A DNA stretch of 64,000 nt. Source: Octopus vulgaris. Its lineage: Eukaryota. A model generated the notes under the pieces. That model was given only the letters and a program-made list of their open reading frames with translations. It searched no databases and had not been told where the DNA came from. Each line of letters opens with the position of its first letter. Positions within the stretch are counted from its first letter, which is position 1. Shown piece after piece: positions 58,478 to 64,000 of this stretch. The position numbers and the translations under genes are program-made. The DNA is taken from NCBI GenBank assembly GCA_951406725.2, contig OX597831.1, forward strand, positions 44,144,001 through 44,208,000, written 5' to 3'.

Positions 58478-58880
58478 CTTGTTTGTATTTGTAATCGTGT
58501 AACATTTTCTCCGTTTTCTCCGGGTTTTTTTTCTTTGTCCGTGTTGTCGCACACATTCGATTGATTTTTTCCCAAAATTTAATGCCCTTAGATTAGGTCT
58601 GACAATTTTGAACAGCCTCAAGTGTAACAGGCCGAAACTGTAATGATAACTGGAAGCTTGATGATGAATAGAAAACCACGAGTGTTCCGTCCTGGGTTTT
58701 CTCTCCGCCTTTGTATCGTCCATCTGCCCGTATGATGTTATTGTCATCCGTTACATATTTATTGTCATATATATATATATACATGTATGTATATATATCA
58801 GGTGATTACCTTGTCTTGGCAGATGGTAGCCATTCCATATTCATTTCGGTTGTTCTGATATATCTTTATCCCTCATATAT

Positions 58881-58953
<73 letters not shown>

Positions 58954-58954
58954 A

Positions 58955-59071
58955 GGGAGAGTTTACGAAAAAAACAAAAGACGAAGACAGGTGGTGTACA
59001 AAACAAGCAGATGTATTAGTATAACGCTCAGGAATAGAAAATGTCTTTTACGTTTCGAGCCTACGCTCTTC
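58955..59071 (-). repeat. Second, 5'-truncated copy of the hammerhead-like repeat at 13418-13540
   Basis: Minus strand: GAAGAGCGTAGGCTCGAAACGTAAAAGAC...ATACTAATACA.CTGCTTGTT...CACCTGTCTTCGTCTTTTG. Confidence 0.8.
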
Positions 59072-59199
59072 TGCGTATGTATGTATGTATGTATGTATGT
59101 ATGTATGTATATACATACCCATATACATACATATACATAAACCTCCCCACCGACAGACACACACTCACGCGCGGCACACACACATATATATATATATGC

Positions 59200-59947
59200 A
59201 CCGACGTGGCTGTGTTGTAAGAACTTTGCTTCCCAAATACATAGTTCCAGGTTCAGTTCCTCGAACCGACCTAAGCCTTGTGAGAAAAATTGGGAGACAG
59301 AATCTGCAGGAAACCAGTCGTATATATATTTGTGTGTGTGTGGGGTGGGGTTCGTGTGCATGTATGTGTACTTGTGTGTGTGTACGTGTCTGTGTGTGAA
59401 TGTGTGTGTGTCTTTGTTTGCATCCCCGTAGCGTAGCTGTTTAGCAAAAGAGAGCGATAAAATTAGTGCAAAGCTTAAAAAAGTACTGGGGCCGATTAGT
59501 TTGATTGAAAATTCTTGTATTGATGCCCCAGCAGGGCCGCAGTCTAATGACTAAAACAAGTAAACGATAAAAGCAAGCGTGGCTGGTTGAAACGTTAGCA
59601 CACCGAGCGAAATGCTTAGCGGTATTTCGTCTGCCGCTACGTTCTGAGTTCAAATTCCGCCGAGGTCGACTTTGCCTTTCATCCTTTCGGGTTCGATAAA
59701 TTAAATACCATTTACGCACTGGGGTCGATGTTATCGACTTAATCCGGTTGTCTGTCCTTGTTTGTCCTCTCTATGTGTAGCCCCTTGTGGGTAGTAAAGA
59801 AATAAGAAGCTTACTTCCCAACCACATGGTTCTGGTTTCAATCCCACTGCGTGGCACCTTGGGCAAGTGTCTTCTACTCTAGCCTCCACTCACAAAAGCT
59901 TGTGAAGGTATAGTAGTAGACAGAAACTAAAAGAAGCCCGTCGTGTG

Positions 59948-59979
<32 letters not shown>

Positions 59980-60245
59980 TGTATGTATGTATGTATGTAT
60001 GTATGTATGTATGTATGTGTGTATGTTTGTATGTGTGCCTTTGTGTTTGTGTTTGTCATCCCACCCGCTACCATCGCTTGACAACTGGTGTTGGTGTGTT
60101 TACGTCCCCGTTAGTTAGGGGTTCTGCAAAAGAAAATAGGCTTACAAAAAATAAGTCCTGGGATAGATTTCTTCCACGAAAACCCTCTTAGGCGGTACTC
60201 CTGCATGGCCGCCGTCAAACGACTAAAACAAAAAATGTAGAAAAG
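59200..60245 (+). mobile_element. SINE cluster: B (59200-59570), A (59580-59806), B (59806-60245)
   Basis: Family motifs as described above. Confidence 0.8.
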
Positions 60246-60275
60246 AGCATATATGTATACATGTATGTATATATA

Positions 60276-60330
<55 letters not shown>

Positions 60331-60361
60331 GTATAGATTATATACATGTATATATGTATAG

Positions 60362-60412
<51 letters not shown>

Positions 60413-60446
60413 ATATATATGTACACATATATATATATGTATATGT

Positions 60447-60941
60447 GAACGCTCCTATATACTTGTTAGCGCTAATAATAATAGCAACAACAATCATAAC
60501 AACAAAAACTTCGTCTCGATCTCGGAGGACAACCCCAACAGAATTAAATTTTTGTCTAGTAATTCTAAGATTAAGAATTATATTTACCAGTGTAGAATTT
60601 CTTCCGGTACCGATGTCTTCTTCTATATAGGAGCGTCCACTTCCCAGTTATCCAAGAGAATTTCAAACCACTATTCAACATTCAGGGTTAGTAAAAAACG
60701 ACATAGTACAGGGCTAAGTAAATTAGTTTGGCGTCTTAAAGACAACAATATAATTTTCAAGTTAGATTGGTTCATACTGTCTGTATCCTTTCCTTTTGAT
60801 AAGGGCAGGAGATTTTGTAACATTTGTAACTCTGAACTCTTCCATATTCTTTTCTCTAAGGTTCCCCTAGTAAACACACTCATAGAAAAATCGTACAAAT
60901 GTAAACACTGGCAGAAACACACTTTCTACTCATATAAATGA
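60447..60941 (+). pseudogene. GIY-YIG endonuclease C-terminus of a 5'-truncated Penelope-like element (frame still open)
   Basis: YIYQC...FYIG...[10 protein letters not shown]...[14 protein letters not shown]...LDWFIL...CNICNSE...LVN...E...CKH.QKH matches the PLE endonuclease signature. The upstream part of the called ORF is microsatellite. Confidence 0.88.
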
Positions 60942-61198
60942 TAACGATAGTCACTGTGGTTTGAACAATTAGCTTTACGTCCACCCCACTTCTATTGAGA
61001 AATTCTTTCCTAAGCCTTCGAACATTCTTTCAATCAACGTACCCTTCCCTCTCCACTTGTTCCCTACCTATTATTACTTTATCCCTTCTCTTCCTACTAT
61101 CTATTTTTGACGTCAATTCTTCTAACTCATTATCGTTTTGTTTACCATGTAGGCAATCATCGAAATTTTTGTTTGTCTTGTCGAGAGAGGCTCCCTTT

Positions 61199-61279
61199 CT
61201 TTCCTGATGAGAAGATTGCATAATGCACCCTTTATTCCTTTGGAATGAAACATGCTGTCTTCGAAACATGTATCGAGAG
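61199..61279 (+). ncRNA. Type-I hammerhead ribozyme in the PLE 3' terminal repeat
   Basis: CTTTC CTGATGA GAAGATTGCAT...ATGCTGTCTTC GAAA CATGTA TC GAGAG. 5 bp stem I, 10 of 11 bp stem II, ACATGT palindrome; ~260 nt after the GIY-YIG stop on the same strand. Confidence 0.8.
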
Positions 61280-61329
61280 TAAAGGAATTTTGTTAACATC
61301 TTCGTTCGACTCCATTCTTTCATTTATTC

Positions 61330-61393
<64 letters not shown>

Positions 61394-61469
61394 ATATATA
61401 TATATACGTATATACATATATACGACGGGCTACTTTCAGTTTCCGTCTACCAAATCCACTCATATAGAA

Positions 61470-61501
<32 letters not shown>

Positions 61502-61534
61502 ATGTGTGCGTGTGTGTGTGTGTATGTATTAATG

Positions 61535-61583
<49 letters not shown>

Positions 61584-62054
61584 AATCATGTCTTACTGTA
61601 CTGACCACCCACCTCCATATCAAATCTTATCGTAACTTATAGCGGTGTCGTGGCTTTGGATTTCTTTACTTCTCAGCTACGTCTGCCGTATAGCAAGATG
61701 TTAGTAGGAACCTGGCGAACCGAGTTCGCAACCACGTTGCGATAGCATTATGTTGACCAATTTACTTCTGTTTAGGACAACTGAATGCTCTTGGAAATAG
61801 TAAAATAGAATTCTCCTCAGTCGATCTCATGCAAAAGTTGATTCCATGGTTGAAGCACAGGTGAAATTGGGTGGGTGGGTGGGGGGTCTACTTTTCACAG
61901 CGTGAAAGGTGTTTAATTAAACGCATAATCAGAAATGTACATTGCATTTGTCCATTTGTCCACAAACACACATACATAAACAAACAAACATACACACAAA
62001 CAGGTAGAAAGAAGATAGATAGATAGATAGATACATACATACATACATACATAC

Positions 62055-62115
<61 letters not shown>

Positions 62116-62274
62116 CATTTCTTTTATTTGTTTCAGTCATTAGACTGCGGCCATGCTGGGGCACCGTCTTGAATTATGCGTGTATATATATATATATATA
62201 TATATGCGTGTGTGTGTGTGAATACACACGCACATACGCTTACTCACACGCATAAACACACATGAATATGTATA

Positions 62275-62310
<36 letters not shown>

Positions 62311-62819
62311 TGTATGTATGTATGTTTTTATGTATGTATGTATGTGTATGCATGTATGTGTGTGTGTACACGCCAACACAGACATAACATCTATATGTAT
62401 GTGTGTATGTATTCGTTTGTGTATATATACTAGTTCTGTCTCACCATACAGTGTATTCCTCGCCATAATCTTGCATTTCTGCCTGTCTACATATTTCGTG
62501 AAAAATTGTCTATCTATCTATCTATCTATCTATCTTTTCCTCTTCCCCTTTTTTCACCTTTTTTTCTTCTTTTTTCATTTCCCTTTTCTTTTGTTCCTTT
62601 TCCTTTTCTTCTTTTTTTATTTTTATTTTTTATTTTTTATTTTTTATTTTATTTATTTTTTGTTCTTTTCTTCCCTTTTACGATCCCTCTTGATCGAAAA
62701 CCTACGCCACCCCTTTTTTTTGTTTCTTTCGTTTTTTGTTTTTTTCATCCCCCAAAAGAAAAGCTCTACCTTGTAACTTGTCCCATCTGTGTGCAGCCCT
62801 GTGTGGCCAATAAAGAAAC

Positions 62820-62975
<156 letters not shown>

Positions 62976-63004
62976 CTTTGAATCTATCTATGTATCTATC
63001 TATG

Positions 63005-63036
<32 letters not shown>

Positions 63037-63192
63037 AGTCAGTCAGTGTCACTTATTAGTTTTGCTTTGCTGGTCCTGTTTGTCAGTCTCTTTTGTCCTT
63101 CCATACACTAAGTATGTATGCAAGATGTGTATGCATGTAAGAGTGCGTGTATGTGTGTGTGTGTGTTTGTGTATACATATGCATATATATTA

Positions 63193-63286
<94 letters not shown>

Positions 63287-63289
<3 letters not shown>

Positions 63290-63688
63290 CGCAGGAGTGG
63301 CTGTGTGGTAAGTAGCTTGTTTACCAACCACATGGTTCCGGGTTCAGTCCCCCTGCGTGGCACTTTGGGCAAGTGTCTTCTACTATAGCCTCTGGCCGAC
63401 CAAAGCCTTGTGAGAGGATTTGGTAAACGGAAACTGAAAGAAGCCCGTCGTATATATGTATATATATGTATGTGCGTGTATGTTTGTGTGTCTGTGTTTG
63501 TCCCCCTAGCATTGCTTGACAACCGATGCTAGTGTGTTTACGTCGACGTCACTTAGCGGTTCGGCAAAAGAAACCAATAGAATAAGTACTGGGCTTACAA
63601 AGAATAAGTTGCTCGATTAAAGGCGGTGCTCCAGCATGGCCGCAGTCAAATGACTGAAACGAGTAAAAGAGTAAAAGAGTAAAAGAGT
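63287..63688 (+). mobile_element. SINE family B, full length
   Basis: Starts AGGCGCAGGAGTGGCTGTGTGG; tail (GAGTAAAA)n. Confidence 0.9.
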
Positions 63689-63795
63689 ATACCGGAGTAA
63701 ACACATAAATGTGAAACAAGGTGGAAAAAAGAGTACTCAAATACCAGTGGTAGAGTAATGTGCTTTATTTAAAGCAGCAGAAAATTCAACAAAAC

Positions 63796-63833
63796 CTGTT
63801 ACTCTGAGTTTCACGTTGCCGTTCATCGGACAG
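63796..63833 (-). ncRNA. Minimal type-I hammerhead motif with CCGAUGA core; partial inverted copy at 63853-63875
   Basis: Minus strand: CTGT CCGATGA ACG-GCAA-CGT GAAA CTC-A-GAG TA ACAG. All three stems are complementary, with a GNRA loop on stem II. Confidence 0.75.
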
Positions 63834-64000
63834 TTTTAGCTAGATTCTACCAAAAACTGTCCGATGAACGGCAACTTATATATATATACATATATATGAA
63901 TATATATATATATAATCAATCCAAACAAGAACAAGCAAGGAAAACGAACAACGCGAGGACGTGGTACAAGTACTGCGTTATTGGACGCTCAGGAAAGGAA

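Noticed and set aside
58600-58650. Hammerhead at TTGAACA GCCT...AGGCC GAAA CTG TA
   Set aside because: Two core mismatches and no stem I.

Overview
Repeat-saturated, AT-rich animal genomic DNA (intronic or intergenic). I infer a coleoid cephalopod, probably Octopus, from the SINE families and the extreme microsatellite density; this is recognition, not a database result. No intact host protein-coding gene is supportable, and nearly all listed ORFs are microsatellite or SINE artefacts. The window holds dozens of tRNA-derived SINE copies from about five families (my labels A-E), LINE relics (RTE-like, Tx1/L1-like), three Penelope-like element (PLE) relics, a non-autonomous Helitron, and hAT and pogo/Tigger-type MITEs. 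The most notable signal is a set of minimal type-I hammerhead ribozyme (HHR) motifs from several unrelated short repeat families. Most have palindromic stem III, and several have non-canonical cores (CCGAUGA, CUGUUGA). They sit mostly in or beside simple-repeat tracts and often in fold-back arrangements, including a ~3 kb inverted duplication centred on an HHR-bearing PLE terminal repeat. About 35-49 kb is depleted of young SINEs and has short unique islands that may be cis-regulatory. Coordinates of degenerate repeats are approximate.
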